64,000 bases of DNA from assembly GCF_963921235.1 (NCBI RefSeq), contig NC_086097.1:87298001-87362000 (forward strand), written 5' to 3'. A program made the position numbers and the translations under genes. The notes under the pieces were generated by a model that was not told the DNA's origin, searched no databases, and saw nothing but the letters and a program-made list of their open reading frames with translations. This document shows, piece after piece, positions 22,598 through 37,540 of this stretch. Numbering within the stretch: position 1 is the stretch's first letter; every line of letters starts with the position of its first letter. This DNA is from Mobula hypostoma. Taxonomy: Eukaryota.

Positions 22598-25500
22598 CAT
22601 AAGACTATAAGACATAAGAGCAGAATTAAGCCATTTGGCCTATTGAGTCTACTCTGCCATTCCATCGTGGCTGATTTATTATCCTTCTCAACCCCACTCT
22701 CCTGCATTCTCCCCATAACTTTTGACACCCTGATTAATCAAGAAACTATCAATCTCTGTTTTAAATATATTCAATGACTTGGCCTGCAGAACCGTCTATG
22801 ACAATGAATTACACAGATTCACCACTATCTGGCTAAAGAAATTTTTTTCTCACCTCTGTTCTAAATGGACATCCCTCTATATTCTCAAGCTGTTCCCTCC
22901 GGTTTTAGAATCCTCCACCACAGGAAACATCCTCTCCATACCCACACTATCTAGGCCTTTCAATATTCGATACGTTTCAATGAGATAACCCTTCATTCTT
23001 CTAAACTCCAGTAAGTACAGGCCCAGAGTCATCAAATTTCTTCATACATTAACCGTTTCATTCCTGGGGTAATTCGTGTAAACCCCCTCTGGACCCTTTC
23101 CAATTCCAGCACATCTTTTCTTAGATAAGCAGCCTGAAAGCTACTCACAGTACTCAAAGTGCAATCTTACCAATGCCTCAGCATTACAACCCCACTTTTA
23201 TATTCTTGTCCTCTCAAAATGAATACTAATATTGCATTTGCCTTCCTTACCACCGACTCAATCTGCAGGAGGACTCCGAAGTCCCTTTGCACCTCTGAAT
23301 TTTGAATTTTCTTCCTATTTAGAAAATATACCATGCCTTCATTCCATCTGAAAAGTGCATGTCCATACACTTCCCTACACCTTATTTCATCTGCCACTTC
23401 TTGGCTAATTCCCCCAGTATGTCTAAGTTCTCCTGCAGACATCCTGCTTTCTCAATACTACCTGCCTCTTCACCTATCTCCGTATCATCCACCAACTTCA
23501 TAACAAAGCCATTAATTCCATCATCCAAATCATTGATATGTAACATGAAAAGATGTGGTCCCAATACCATCCCCTGACGCACACCACTAGTCACTAGCAG
23601 CCAACCAGAAGAGGCCTCCTTTATTCCCACTCTTTGCTTCCTGCCAGTCAGCCAATCTTCTGTCCATTCTGGTACCTTTCCTGTATTACCATGGGCTTTT
23701 AACTTGTTAAGCACCCTCATGAGCAGCACCTTGTCAAAGGCCTTCAGAAGATCCAAATAAACAAACTGTTCTTTGTCTGTACTGCCTGTTATTTCCTTAA
23801 AGAGTTCCAGCAGATTTATCAGGCAAGATTTCCCCTTTAGAAAACCATGCTAACTTTGGCCTATTTTATCATTTGCCTCCAAGTACTCCAAAACCACATC
23901 ATTAATAATAGACTCCAACATCTTTCCAACCACTGAAGTCAGGCTAACTGGCATAGTATTTCCTTTCTTCTCCCTCCCTTCTTAAAGAGTGAAGTGACAT
24001 TTGCAATTTTCCAGTCCTCCGGAACCATTCCAGAATCTGGTAATTCCTGAATGATCACTACTAATGCCTCTACAATCTCTTCAGCTACCTCTTTCAGAAC
24101 CTTGGGCTGTAGTTCATCTGGTCCAGGTGACTTGTCTACCTTCAGACTTTTCAGCTTCCTAGGCACTTCTCCTTAGTAATAGCAACAATGCTCACATCTC
24201 TCCCCTTACTCTCTTGCATTTCCGGCATTCTGCTAGTTTCTTCCACAGTGAAGAATAATACAAAACACTTGTTCAGTTTGTCCAACATTACTTTAGACCC
24301 ATTACTACCTCTCCAGTGTCATTTTCCAGTGAAGCAATATCTACTCTCATCTCTCTTTTACTCTTTATAGATCTGAAAAAATCTTTTGGTATCCTCTTTT
24401 ATATTATTGGCCAGCTTATCTTCATATTTCATCTTTTCTCCCTTTTAGCTTCATTAGTTGCCATCTGTTGGTTTTTAAAAGCTTCCCAATCCTCTAGCTT
24501 CCCACTATTTTTGCTGCATTATATGCCTTTTCTTTTGCTTTTACACAACCTTTGACTTCCCTTGTAGGCCACAGTTGCCTCTTCCTCCCTTTAGAATGCT
24601 TCTTCATCATCTGGATTTCCCCCAGAAACACCAGCTCTTGCCGTTCTGCTATCATCCCCGCTAGTGTCCCTTTCCAATCAAATCTGGCCAGCTCCTCTCG
24701 TATGCTTCTGTAATTCTCTTTACTCCACTGTATACTGGTACATCCGAATTTAACTGTTCCTTCTCAAACTGCAAGGTGAATTCTATCATATTATGATCAC
24801 TGTCTCCTAAAGGTTCCTTTATCGTATGATCCCTGATCAAATCTGGGTCATTATAAAACTTCCAATCCAGAATTGCCGTTTCCCCTAGTGGCTCAACTAC
24901 AGGCTGCTCTAAAACGCCATCTCGTCGGCACTCTACAAATTTCCTCTCTTGGGATCCAGCACCAACCTGATTTTCACAATTTTCCTGCACATTGAAATCC
25001 CCCATGATAACCACATTTTCCTTTTTACATGCCTTTTCTATCTCCAGTTGTGATTTGTAGCCTACATTCTGGCTACCTTTCGGAGGCCTGTATATACTCC
25101 CATCAAGGTCTTTTTTGCCCTTGCTGTTTCTTAACTCTATCTGCAAGGATTTTTATATCTTCTGATCCTCTGTCACATTTTCTAAGGATCTGATTTCATT
25201 TTTTACCAACAGAGCCACCCCACCCACCCCCTCTGCCTACCTGCCTGTCCTTTCAATACAATATGATATTCAAACTATGATATTCTTTCAGCCACAACTC
25301 AGATTTTCCCACAGCATCATACCTCTCAATTTCTAATTGCATTACAAGACCATCTATCTTAGATCTTAGAAATCTATGGAACATTACAGGCCCTTCGGTC
25401 CACAATCTTGTGCCAACCATGTAACCTACTCTAGAAACTACCTAGAATTTCCCTACCGCTTCGACCTCTATTTTTCTAAGCTCCATGTGCCTACCTAAGA

Positions 25501-25810
25501 ATCTCTTAAAATACTCATTGTATCTGACTTCCCCGCTGTCGCCAATAGTACATTCCATGCACCCATCACTCTTTGTGTGAAAAATTTGCCCCTGACATCC
25601 CCCCTGTACCCACTTCCAAGCACCTTAAAACTATGCCTTCTCTTATTCCATATACTGAATGCATTCAAATAAAGCACCTTCAGTCCCGTATTCATTACCC
25701 TTTTTCATTTTGGCTCCCTGTTAACTTTAACTCATCCCATTAACTATAATTTTGCCCTATCATCTGCCTGTCCTTCCTCAGTCTCACTACACAATGCTTC
25801 AACTATACCA
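22598..25810 (-). mobile_element. CR1 LINE ORF2 (APE and RT), decayed
   Basis: YRPP, MGDFN, LGDSDHNMIEF (APE); KSPGPD, KAFDKV, WQMK (RT); ataagac tail. Confidence 0.92.
25360..25640 (-). mobile_element. CR1 3' fragment (family of 58550-61305) nested in CR1
   Basis: HSFKVLGSGYRGDVRGKFFTQRVMGAWN matches 61040-61140. Confidence 0.8.
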
Positions 25811-25954
25811 ACTGCCCATCCTCAGCCAAGTTGATCCTTCACCAAAATGTTAACTTCATTTCTCTTTCCACAGACTCTTGACCACCTAATCATTTCCAAT
25901 ACTTTTTGTTTTTATTTAATTTAACCCTTTGTGACTTCGATCTTTACAATATTT

Positions 25955-26545
25955 CACTAACTTGAGTGGAGCACCAACACACAGTCTGTGTACACGAAGG
26001 GCCAGAGTCACTTCTACTTCCTGAGGAGACTGAGGTCCTTTGGAGTATGCAGGCCTCTCCCTCACATGTTCTACTAGTCTGTTGTCACCAGTACAAAATT
26101 CTACCCAGTGGTGAAGCCATCAGGCTCAATAAACTGATTAGACAGTCTGGTTCTGTTATAGGAGTCAAAATGCACACATGGGAAGCTGTGGTGGAACAAA
26201 GGACACTACAGAAAAGCCTGGCAATTCTGGACAATGTTTCTCACCCTCTGCATCCCAACTTGGCTGAACAGTGAAGCACTTTTAGTAATAGACTAAGACA
26301 ACTGCACTGCTCCAAAGAGTGCTATATGAGACCATTCTTACCCTCGGCCATTAGGCTCTATAATGAGTCAACCTATAGCTGGGGAAGTGATGTTCCCCCC
26401 CCCCCGTTCGATTATTTGAGGTAACATTTTTTTTATTCTTTCTTACTTCTCTCTTAATATTTGTACATTTGTGTATCCATACATTTGTAAAGCAACTGTG
26501 ACACTGTAATTTCCTTTGGGATCAATAAAATATCTATGTATCCAT
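25955..26545 (+). mobile_element. Rex1/Babar LINE 3' fragment
   Basis: RLNKLIRQSGSVIG...AILDNVSHPLH; gggatcaataaa...tatctat end. Confidence 0.8.
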
Positions 26546-28059
26546 CTAATGGAGTGAGCACACCAGCAGGCACTCATGAGATCAAACATTGCGGCAGCGA
26601 GATAGAAATCGACATTACCTGTAAGCTTAAGAAAACTGAAAATGTGGAAAACGTCACTGAGGTAGAGCATGTTAAATTAAAGGAAAAGATGACAAAGTAG
26701 AGCAGCCCTCAGTACCTTGAGGATGTTCAACTGCTTGTCGCGAATAGTTCAATATGGTTGCCTGTGCAGTGTCCTTGCCCAAGTGCAGACTCATTTATCC
26801 TTCTAACAGAATTCAGATACGCCTGTCCTGTAGCTTCCTCCAAAAGAAGTTGAAGCTAACATTAAAGAATAAAGCTTTTAATTGATACTAGCTGCTGCCA
26901 GGATTTTGTCTCTTTGTTTTAGATTCCTAACACTTGCAATATTTGGCTTTTTATGAAACAAACTCTTGCATTCACTCTCTCCCAAATTATAGCATTAGAT
27001 TTGTCCACCCACCGGAATAAGAGTTTTCATGAATAATCATAAACTAATTAAGGAATTATTTGTATTTTGTACTTGCCAATACTGGCTGTGCTTATGCCTC
27101 CCACACATTGCTGTGTATATCTCCCACTTTCTACACATTACTCCAATACTCCATAGTGCAGTGAGCTTCATGGCACATTGATTCGCGTCACTATGGAAAT
27201 GCTCATTTCCAGGATTTGCACTTTACAAGAGAGAAGTGAAGTTAATAAAGATTATTATAAGCTTTCTGTATAAATCCTTTCCTCCATTGTTCTCTTTGCC
27301 GGTATCCGTGCATAATCATGCTTCTTCTAAAATAAACCATGTAATGAGTCAAATTTGGATAAAGTGGTCACTGCAAAATTCACCCTGCAATCAGCTGTTC
27401 TGTTTGTTGTCAGCAACACTGGAGTGTGATAGAAGAATTCAGTTTTTTTGTTGCTCACGGTACAATTGACAAATCCAGTTACAGGCTTTCTACAGGAGGT
27501 TTAGCTAAGGCTCTTATATGTGATAGAATTCAATGTAGAGCCAAGAACTATTCTGTATTCGATCACTATGTTTGGAGTTTGAGTTTTACTGGCAGCAAAG
27601 TGACTTTTATGTTTGCAGAACTAAACACTTTTGAGCCATCTGCTTCTATGAGTTCGGTTTGGTGCAAATAAACTCGTACAACCTTCTCCCCTTTTCTTCA
27701 GTTGATAATTTTGAGCCAGTACCTTTTTGCTTCCCCTCACCGAAGCACTAAAACTAAAGAGTCACTATTTGTCCTTTCGCTGGATTTCCAAAGGGCCATA
27801 TTGATAATCTGTAGAATGTTTGTGAATAAATCACAGCTCTAATCTGTAACTCCATTTTACCATGCTTGGTAAAAATGGTGCTGGCTTGGTTTACAAATCT
27901 AGTTTACTCTACTGCAAACACCTCTCCCTAAATGGGAGAGAATAAACTGCAGAAGGTGTGAACGAATTGTATGGCAGAAAAAGCAGTTTACTGCATGCTT
28001 GACTGGTCTTCTAGTAGAGAAACTTTTAAAGTGTGCCAGACAAACTATGAAGAGGACAT

Positions 28060-30566
28060 TATGATGGGGAAAGGAAATTGGAGTTATTAAGCACCAGATG
28101 CAATATATACAAGGATAGACAATCTTTCAAAAGGACAGGCAAGTAGGCAGATGAGGAGGAGTGGCTCTGCTGGTAAAAAAAAGAAATGAAATCTTTAGAA
28201 ACAGGTGACCTAGGATTGGAAGATGTAGAATCCTTGTGGGTAGAGTTAAGAAACCACAAGGCTAAGACTCTGATGGGAGCTATGTATAGGCCTCTGAAAA
28301 GTAGACAGGATGTGGTTTACAAATTACAATGGGAGGTAGAAAAAGCAGGTCAAAAAGGCAATGGTCATTAGTCATGACAAATTTCAATCTGCAGATTCTT
28401 TGGGAAAATCAAGTTGATGCTCAATCCTAAGAGAGAGAATTTGTGGAATGCCTCCGAGATGGCTTTTGCGGAACAGCTTGCAGTTGAGCCCACTAGGGAA
28501 TCAGCAATTCTCGACTGGTTGTTGTGTAATGAACCAGATATGATTAGGGAGCTTAACGTAATGAAATTCTAAGGTAACAGTGATGATAATATGATAAAAT
28601 TCACCCTGCAATATGAGAGGGAGAAACTAAAGTCAGATGTATCAGTATTGCAATAGAGTAAAGGGAATTACAGACGCATGAGAAAGGAGCTGGCTAAAGT
28701 TGATTGCCTCAACCATCAGGCTCTTGAACAAAAGGGGATACAGTAGCTACACTCATTTAAGGACTCTGTTGTATTGTTATTTCATGCTTGTTATTTATTG
28801 TTATTTATTTATAACTGCAATTGCACAGTTAGTTTACAGTTTATAATTCCTGATGTTTACAGTTTACAGCTACTGTTCTATAGATTTGCTAAGTATGCCT
28901 GCAGAAAAAGAATCTCAGGGTTGTACGTGGTGACATATATGTATTCTGATAATAAAGTATATACAACTTTTTTTTTTGAACTTTGACTGGAAGGGGACAC
29001 TAGCAGGAATGACCATAAAGCAGCAATAGCTGGAGTTTCTCAGAGCAATTCGAAAGGTGCACCCGTACACCCCAAAACAGGAGTATACTAAATGCTGGAT
29101 GAAGCAATAATGGCTGAAAAGGGAAGTCAAAGACAACAGAAAAGCAAAAGAGAATGTTTATAATAGAGCAAAAATTAGTGGGAAATTAGAGGATTGGGAA
29201 GCTTTTAAAAACCAACAGAAGGCAACTAAAAAAATCCATAAGGGGAAAAGGTGAAATATGAAGGTACGCTCGCAAATAATATCAAAAACTGTACCAAAAG
29301 TGTTTTCAGAGATTAAAAAAAGTAAAAGAAAGGGGAGAGTGGATATTAAACTGTTGGAAAATGATGCTGGAGGGATAGTAATGGGGGACGAGGGAATGCT
29401 GGATACGCTGAATATGTATTTTGCATCAGTCTTCACCATGGAAGAAGTTGCCAGATGTTTCAGAGTGTCAAGGGGCAGAACTGAGTGCAGTTTCTATTAC
29501 TGGGGACTTGGGGCTTGGAAAACTGAAAGTTCTGAAGGTAGATAAGTTACCCTGGACCTGATGCACTACACCCCAGGGTTCCAAAAGAGGTGACTGAAGA
29601 GACAGTGGAGGCATTAGTCATGATCTTTCAAGAATCAATAGAGTCTGGCATGGTTCTGTAGGACTGAAAATTTGCAAATATCACTCCTCTTTTCAAGAAG
29701 GGAGGGAGAGAAAAGAAAGGAAATTATGGGCCAGTTAGCCCGACCTCAGTGGTTGGGAAGATGTTGGAGTTGGTTGTTAAGGATGTTGACTAGAGGCACA
29801 TGACAAAATAGGCTTAAGTCAGCATATTTTCTTTAAGGGAAAATCTGGTCTTACAAATCTCTTGGAATCCTTTGAAGAAATAACAAGCAGGATAGACAAA
29901 GGAGAATTGATGGATGTTGCATACTTGCATTTTGAGAACAGCTTTGACAAGGTGCCACACATGAGGTATGAAACAAAATAAGGACCCGGGGTATTACAGG
30001 AAAGATACTAGCATGGATTGTGTATTAACTGATTGGCAGGAAGCAAAGGAGGAATAAAGGGATCCTGTTCAGATTGGCTGCCGGTGACTAGTGGCTTTCC
30101 ACAGGGGGTCTGTGTTGGGGCTACTTCTTTTTACATTGCATGTCAATGAGTTGGATGATGAAATTGATGGATTTGTGGCCAGGTTTGTGGACAATAGATA
30201 GATAAGTGGAGGAGCTGGCAGGCAGAGAGGCTACAGCAGGATTTAGCCAGGGAATCTCGGACCAAAGGGCACAGCCTCAAAATAGAGGGATGTCCATTTA
30301 AAACAGAAATGAGGAGAAATTTCTTTAGCCAGAGAGAGGCAAATCTGTGAAATGCATTGCCACCGGCAGCTGTGGAGGCCAGGTCACCGGGTATATATAA
30401 GGTGGGGGTTGATAGGTTCTTGATTAGTCAGGGCATGAAGGTTATGGGGAAAAGGTAGGAGAATGGTGTTAAGAGGGAAATGGATCAGGCATGATGAAAT
30501 GGCGAAGCAGACTCAGTGGGCCAAATGGCATAATTCTGCTCCTATGTCTTATGATCTATGGTCTTA
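28060..30566 (+). mobile_element. CR1 LINE ORF2, decayed, with internal deletion near 30250
   Basis: VESLWVELRN, YRP (APE); LNMYFASVFT; RT remnants; CR1 3'UTR ...ctatggtctt. Confidence 0.88.
28707..28982 (+). mobile_element. Rex1-type 3'UTR fragment inserted in CR1
   Basis: accatcaggctcttgaac...gataataaa...(tttgaac) tail; flanked by ttgattg / ttgactg. Confidence 0.65.
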
Positions 30567-30861
30567 GGTCAGATGCATGGAATCCCTGAGACTGAAGATT
30601 TTCTATTGTTGGAAGGAAGGTGGTCATATCTGGGGATGAAGTTTACCCACCCAACAATGTACCGATTATCACCAACAAAATGAAGCTCAATCCTTATGAT
30701 AGGTTACCCTCTGTGTTAAATAAGCAGTTTTCAAGCAACGAAAAGATGTTCATTTCACACTTGAAATAGGTTCATCAAGATTATTCTATATTTTTCTTCA
30801 TGTGCCATCTGATTTAATCCCAATTTAAGCCTCTCTTTCATTGCACTCTTTTACAAACAAA

Positions 30862-31240
30862 TATAGAACGTAGAGCAGTACAGCACAGGAAAAGGCTCTT
30901 TGGCCCTTAATGTTGTGCCAAACCAATTAAATTAGTAATCAAACTAATCAATTCTGCCCGCACAACGTCAATATCCTTCCTTTTTCCTCACATTCATATG
31001 CCTATCTAAATGTCTCTTAAAAGCCTCTAATGTTTCTGCCCCTACCACTACCTCAGGCAGTGCCTTCCAGGCACCCACCAGTATCTTCTTTGAAATTACT
31101 TCCTCTCACCTTAAATGCCTGCCCTCTTGTTTTCGACTTGTAACCCTTGGAAAAAGATTTTGTCTGTCTATTCTATCAATACCTCTCATAATCTTACAAA
31201 CCTCTATCAAATCTCCCCTCAGCTTCCGTTGCTCCAGAAA
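30862..31240 (-). mobile_element. CR1 3' fragment
   Basis: LEQRKLRGDLIEVCKIMRGIDRID. Confidence 0.8.
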
Positions 31241-31329
31241 ATATGGTGCTGCTGCTGTTTTGCTGACTAGTATCACTGCGACTGCAACCTGTATTTTCTC
31301 CTTAAGTAATGTACCTTTAAACCGGCTTA

Positions 31330-33670
31330 ACAAAACACGCAGTTTTACAATCTCCTGAAGGATTCAACAGACATAACTCTGAAAAATGCAGGTACGGCAC
31401 CTTTATGCAGACGAAGGCACGTCACCATGGCTGGAAGAGAGGGAGGAGGGGAGGACTCAAAGCCAGACTAAAACATCATGGCAGGAAATTTCCTCTACCC
31501 AGTATCTTGTTAGCAAATGTACAGTCTCTGGAGAACAAGGTGGAGGATTAAGGGCAAGACTGCTGTATTGAAGGGAAATGAGGGATTGCTGCATTCTGTG
31601 TTTCATGGAGACATGGCTAACCTCAGACACATTGATACCAAGCCATGATATATCCAGCCAGGATGCTTTACAGCTGAAGGTGCCGCTGAATTCACTGAAA
31701 TTTAATGGTGAATGACAATTAAACTTGAACTTGAACTTGAATGTAGCTCACATTTGCTTCACCTGGCTGTACCACACAATCTGGGGACTCCTCAATTCAC
31801 CCAATGGACACCATGGTTTCCTTGAAAAATTTTGAGGTGGAGGGGTTTGCTTCCTAATCAATAACTCGTGGTGCTTACGGTGATGATCCTGGTGAGTTGC
31901 TGCCCACCCGACCTGGAATATTGAACAGTGAAGTGTTGTCCATACTGCCTGCCAAAGGAGTTCAACAGTCTACATCCTACCCAAGGCATACATGAATCCC
32001 ACAGTTAATGAACTACGTTCCTTGGTCAATAATCTTGAAACAGGATATCCTGAGGTTTTCTTCATCATTGCCAGTGACTTCAACTAGGTCAAGAATGTGT
32101 TATGAAAATATTACCAGCATTTCCTATTTCACCAGGGATCACCTGCAAAACTGACCCGCACCACCCCCCCACCCCATCCACACTTTGGTGAATCAGACCA
32201 TAAGACTGTACTCCTTCCTGCAAGCAAACAGAAGCCAAAATGTGACAATACAGAAAGTCAGTACAGAAGAGACAGAGGAGCTTGTACACAACTACCGTCA
32301 GTCAGTAGACTGGTCCATGTCTAGCACCCAGCCTAGATGAATAGGTCACCATCATCACAGACTTTATCAACAAGTGTGGTGAAGACTGACTACCAAAGAA
32401 GACAACCGGACGTTCCCAAACCAAAACCCATGGATGAACCAGGAGATGCAGTCCTTACTGAAGTCATTTAAATTAGATGACTCTAATCTATATGAGAAGT
32501 CGAAGTACAACCTCCATAAAGCTGTCAGGGATGTCAAGAGATGAGAGAAGTCCAAAATAGAGTCCCATACATGCTGTCAGTTGGGGTAGGGCTTAATGCT
32601 ATAATGGGCTGCCAAACAAAGTCAGACAGCATTGCCAGCAAAGGCATATCCCTTTCCAATAAGTTATGCTATTTTTAAACAGAAGTCATCTTCTGACAAC
32701 CTCCAGTGGACCTAAACCAACAATCACTTTTGCAGATGTTTGATCAGTCTTCTGGAGACTTCTGGAGATGCAACACTGGAAACCATCTGGCCGGGTTGAT
32801 GTGCCTCATTGTGTCCTTACCTCTGTACACTTGCTCTTTAGCCTCTACCTGTATGCAGGTAGGAGGAGAACTGCCAGATGGTCAAATTTCATGAAAAGTG
32901 GTCTAGCGAGCAAATGGTAGGCATTCCCTGTGGTAGTATAGCGGTGGTCAATTGTTTTGGGACCTCTGGTGCTGGAGGTGATATGTTGATGATAATTAGG
33001 CAGAGATTTCTTCAAGCAAGCCGGATCGAAGTTCTCGGCAATTCTTTGAAAGGTATAAGGGTAGGCTGTTTCTTGTTTGCTTATCACTGGACTCAATACC
33101 TTGAGTGCATACTTAACAACGGCCTTTGGTGGTATGAAAACTGCAGTCAGGATCACAGAGAACTCTCTTAGGAAGTAAAAGTATTGGCACTTAATCATTA
33201 GATGTTCCAGGAAGGGGAAACAGGACCATTACGTCTGAGCACCATGCAGAGTTAATCATGAAACACAGACACATTATTTTGCACTTTTCAAATCAGCAGT
33301 CCAGTCCATCCAGTGCAACAGGAAACCTTGGATCTTACCAATCTTACCACAAGAAACTAAAGAGAGTTGTGGACAGTGCTCAGCACATCACCAAAATCAG
33401 GTCCCCCTCCATGGACTTCTTGCTGCCTCACTAAAGCAGCCAGCATAATCAAAGATCCCACCCACCCTGAACATTCTCTCTTAATCCCCCCTCCCACCAG
33501 GCAGAAGATACAGAAGTCTGAAAGCAGGAACCACCAGACTCACAGACAACTTCTATCCTACTGTTGTTCCCCTTGTACAATAAGATAGACTCCTGTCCTC
33601 ACAATCTACCTTGTTGTAACCTTGTATCTTCATGCCAACATGCACTGCACTTTTACTGTGCTGTAACATT
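31330..33670. mobile_element. Cluster of Rex1/Babar fragments (5'/APE pieces, an inverted APE piece at about 32820-33200, 3' pieces)
   Basis: PSILLANVQSLENKVEDLRARL; REFSVILTAVFIPP...STRGPKTIDH on minus; KAASIIKDPTHP. Confidence 0.7.
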
Positions 33671-33714
33671 TAAGAACTGGTATGTGAACACTTCATTAGT
33701 GATGAGCATTGCTT

Positions 33715-36175
33715 GCACACACATGAGTTCTTAACGGTGAAGTACATGCCTTCTACCAACTGAGGGAGTTCACTGCTATCGTGATAGCACCTGTATACAT
33801 TGCCCCTGTGTTAATGCTGGGGAAGCTCTGCATGAGCTCTACAATGGCATCAGCGACTTGCAAGTCATACATCCTGGTAGTTTCTTTATTGTTACTGGTG
33901 ACTTCAACCCTGCTAACTTAAAAAAACAATCCTGCCTATATTCCATCAGAATGTTAACTTTGCTATCAGAGGTAAGAACACTTTGGACATCGTTTTTTAC
34001 CAATATCCCTGGTGTATATAAAACTACTCCCTGCCTTCACCTCTGATTCTCTGAGCCCTTACCTGTAATGCTAATTTCTGCATACCGCCCATTGATTAAA
34101 AGTGCCAAACCAGTTCAAAGGGAGATAAACACCCGGCCAGAAGGAGCAACCTCAGCATTGTGGGACTGTTTTGGAAACATGGACTGGAGCATGCTATGCT
34201 CAGTGAGGGGCTACCTACGGCCATCACATTAACATCGATGAATATTCAAGATCTGAGACTGGTTGCACAGAGAAATGCATCGAGGACGTCATCATTATTA
34301 AACACATCTATATGAGGGCCATGGCTGACAACAGAGGTCCAGGTGCAGCTGAGAGATCTGGATGCTGCCTTCAGATCAGGGGGATAAGACATCTCTCAGG
34401 TCAGCAGCTGTTGCTTTGCCACGCCATTAGGAAGGCAAAATCGACAGAGAATATACAGCCATTTCTGTGACACCAGAGACAGAAGGGCATTCAGACCATA
34501 ATGGACTCCAAGTCCACCCTGCATATCAACAACACTGATGCTTCTCTTCCTGATAGGCTGAATGTCAGTTTGATGCACGGAACGACCCCCCCCCACCACT
34601 TTCCCCCGAGGAGCAGGCATTCTGTCTGACTGCAGCTGATGTGAGGAAGACCCTAGCTAGGGTGAACCCATGTTAAGCTGCAGGGCCTGATAATGTATCT
34701 GATAGGGTGCTGAGGGACTGTGCAGCCCATTTTTAACAGAGGTTCTATCAAACATCTTCAGCATCTCTCTGGAACAGTCCACCGTCCCCTCAGGCTTCAA
34801 GGTGGCCACCATCATCACAATGCCCAAGAGGGCGACAGTCACCAGCCTAAATGACTGCCATTCAGTGGCATTGACCTCAATGGTAATGAAGTTCTTTGAG
34901 TGGTTGGTTATGGATTGTATTAAATCCCATCATCCTGCACATTGAACCCTTTCTGGTTTGCTTATCACTCAGATCAGCCCACTGATGATGCCATAACCTC
35001 TGCACTCCACTCCTTCCTATCCCACCTGGAAAATGGTGCCTCATATACCAGGACGCTGCTTGTTGACCAGTTCAGTGTTTAATGTGATCATCCCTTGGAA
35101 GTGGGTAAGCTGTCCTGGTTGGGTCTCACTGGATCTTGGACTTCTTGACAGAAAGGTACAGTCAGTCCATGTTGGCAGAAACATCTCTAGCTCCATCACG
35201 CTGAGCAGTGGCGATCTCCAGGTCTGTGCTAAGCCCACTGCTGTTCACACTGCTGACTTATGACTGCACTGCTAGATCCAGTTCAAACCAAATCATGAAG
35301 TGTACTCATAACACAATAGTGTTTAGCCCCATCAACAACAACGATGAAATAGAGAGGAAGTAGAGCAGCTGGTAAAATGGAACGAGACAACAACTTAAAT
35401 CTCAATGTAGATAAGACCAAAGAGATGATTGTGGACTTTAGGAAGGTACAGGCTGGCCACTCCTCACTGCATGTAAATGGCTCCTTCGTGGAGAGAGTCA
35501 GAAGCACCAGGTTTCTGGGAGTGCGCATAACAGACAATCTCAACTGGTCCTTGAAAACCACTTCTTTGGTCAAGAAAGCACAGCAGTGTCTCCATTTCCT
35601 AAGGAGACTGAGGGAAGTGAGACTCTCAGCCCCCTCATTCTAACCAATTTTACAGGGGTAAAATGAGAGTGTCCTGACTAGCTACATCATGGGAACTGCA
35701 AGGCACCAGGCCACAAGTCTCTACAAAGGATTATGAGAACTGCTGAGAATATCTCTCATCAGAGATATTTATCCAGTGTGCTGCCTATGCAAGACCCTTA
35801 GCATTATCAATGATCCCTTCCATTTATCCAACAATCTTTTTGACCCCCCTACCATTATGCAAAAGGTTCCATTGCATTAGGACAAGAACTATTAGGATGA
35901 GAAACAGCTTCTTCCCCCAGGCTATGAGACTACTGAACTCCCTGCCACCACCCAGGTCTCATCACACATGAAGTGCCGGTAGTGTTACACTGTTTACCAT
36001 TTAACATGTGTCATAAATGCACCTTATTCATTGTTGATTTACTCGTGGTAATATTACTTTATATGTTGTGTGTGTGTGTGTGAGTTGTATGTACTGTGTT
36101 GAGCACCTTGGGTCGAGAGGAACAGTGTTTCATTTGGTTGTATACATGTGCACGGTTGAATGACACTATTTATTT
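33715..36175 (+). mobile_element. Rex1/Babar LINE, long decayed copy (APE to 3'UTR)
   Basis: FIVTGDFN, LNVDKTKEMIVDFRK, KKAQQCLHFLRRL; 3'UTR matches 22260-22490. Confidence 0.88.
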
Positions 36176-36264
36176 TAGCTTGTACCTCAAAGCTTGCAGA
36201 ATAAAGTTCAAGTTCAGTTGATAGTCATTTGTACATGTATACTGTGAAATGAATCAATAGGCTT

Positions 36265-36757
36265 GTGATCTCCTGCTGCTGTAGCCCATCTATTTCAAGG
36301 TTCAATGTACTGTGCATCGAGAGATGCTCTTTTGCACATCACTGTTGTAATGCATTGTTATTTGAGTTACAGTCACCTTCCTGTCAGCTTGAACCAGTCT
36401 ATCCATTCTCCTCCAAACTCTCTCATTAACAAGGCATTTTCACCCACAGAACTGCCACTCACTGGATGTTTTTGTTTATTGTACCATTCTCTGTAAACTC
36501 GAGAGACTGTTGTGTGTGAAAATCCCAGGAGATCAGCAGTTTCCCAGATATTCAAACTATCCCATCTAGAACAAACGGTCAAAGTAATGTAAATCACATT
36601 TCTTCCGCATTCTGATGCTTGGTCTGAACAACAATTAAACCTCTTGAACATGTCTGCATGCTTTTATACATTGAGTTACTGCTATATGATTGGCTGATTA
36701 GATATTTGCATTAATGAGCAGGTGCACTGGTGTACCTAATGAAGTGGCCACTGAGTG
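36265..36757 (-). mobile_element. Tc1-like transposon fragment
   Basis: Terminus gtacctaatgaagtggccactgagtg followed by TA; HTH-like ETADLLGFSHTTVSRVYREW. Confidence 0.8.
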
Positions 36758-36969
36758 TATGTGCTGATTTAAGGTAAGTTCCTGGATAACAATTATTGCT
36801 ATAAGGCTGTTATTCCTTAAAGGAGTATGTCATGAGACTAACTGTTTAGTGTGTTGCAACAAGTTAATGTGAAAAAATTCAGAAGCTATCTCTTTGCAAA
36901 AGCTGCAATTGGAAGCTCTTTAAGATCTTCCATTAATGCTGCACTTGTAATGATAGGTTTATTTGAATA

Positions 36970-37540
36970 ATTCATTAGGAGCTTGAGGAGATTTGGTATG
37001 TCACCAAAGATACTTGCTCATTTCTACAGATGTACAATGGAGAACATTCTAACAGGCAGCATCACCATCTGGTACGGGGAGGGTGGGGGGTGGGGGCTAC
37101 TGCTCAGGATCGAAAAAAGCTGCAGGAAGTTGTAAGCTTAGTGAACTCCATCATGGGCACTAACATCTATAGTATTCAAGACATCTTCAAGGAGCGACGC
37201 CTCAAAAAGGACCCCCCTCGCCCAGGACATACCTTGTTCTCATTGCTACCAAAGGGAAGGCGGTACTGGAGCCTGAAGGCACACTCAACAATTCAGGAAC
37301 AGCTTCTTCTCCTCTGCCATCTGATTTCTGAATGGACATTGAACCCATGAACACTACCTCACTACTTTTGTATTTTAATTTTGCACTACTTATTTAATAT
37401 AATATTTAATATATAATATATATACAGTTACTGTAATTTATGTTTTCTCCATTATTATATATTACATTGTACTTCTGCAGCATTGACAACAAATTTCATG
37501 ACATATGCCATTGATATTAAACCTTATTGTGATTCTGATT
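36970..37540 (+). mobile_element. Rex1/Babar 3' fragment
   Basis: Homologous to 6070-6585; gattctgatt end. Confidence 0.85.
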
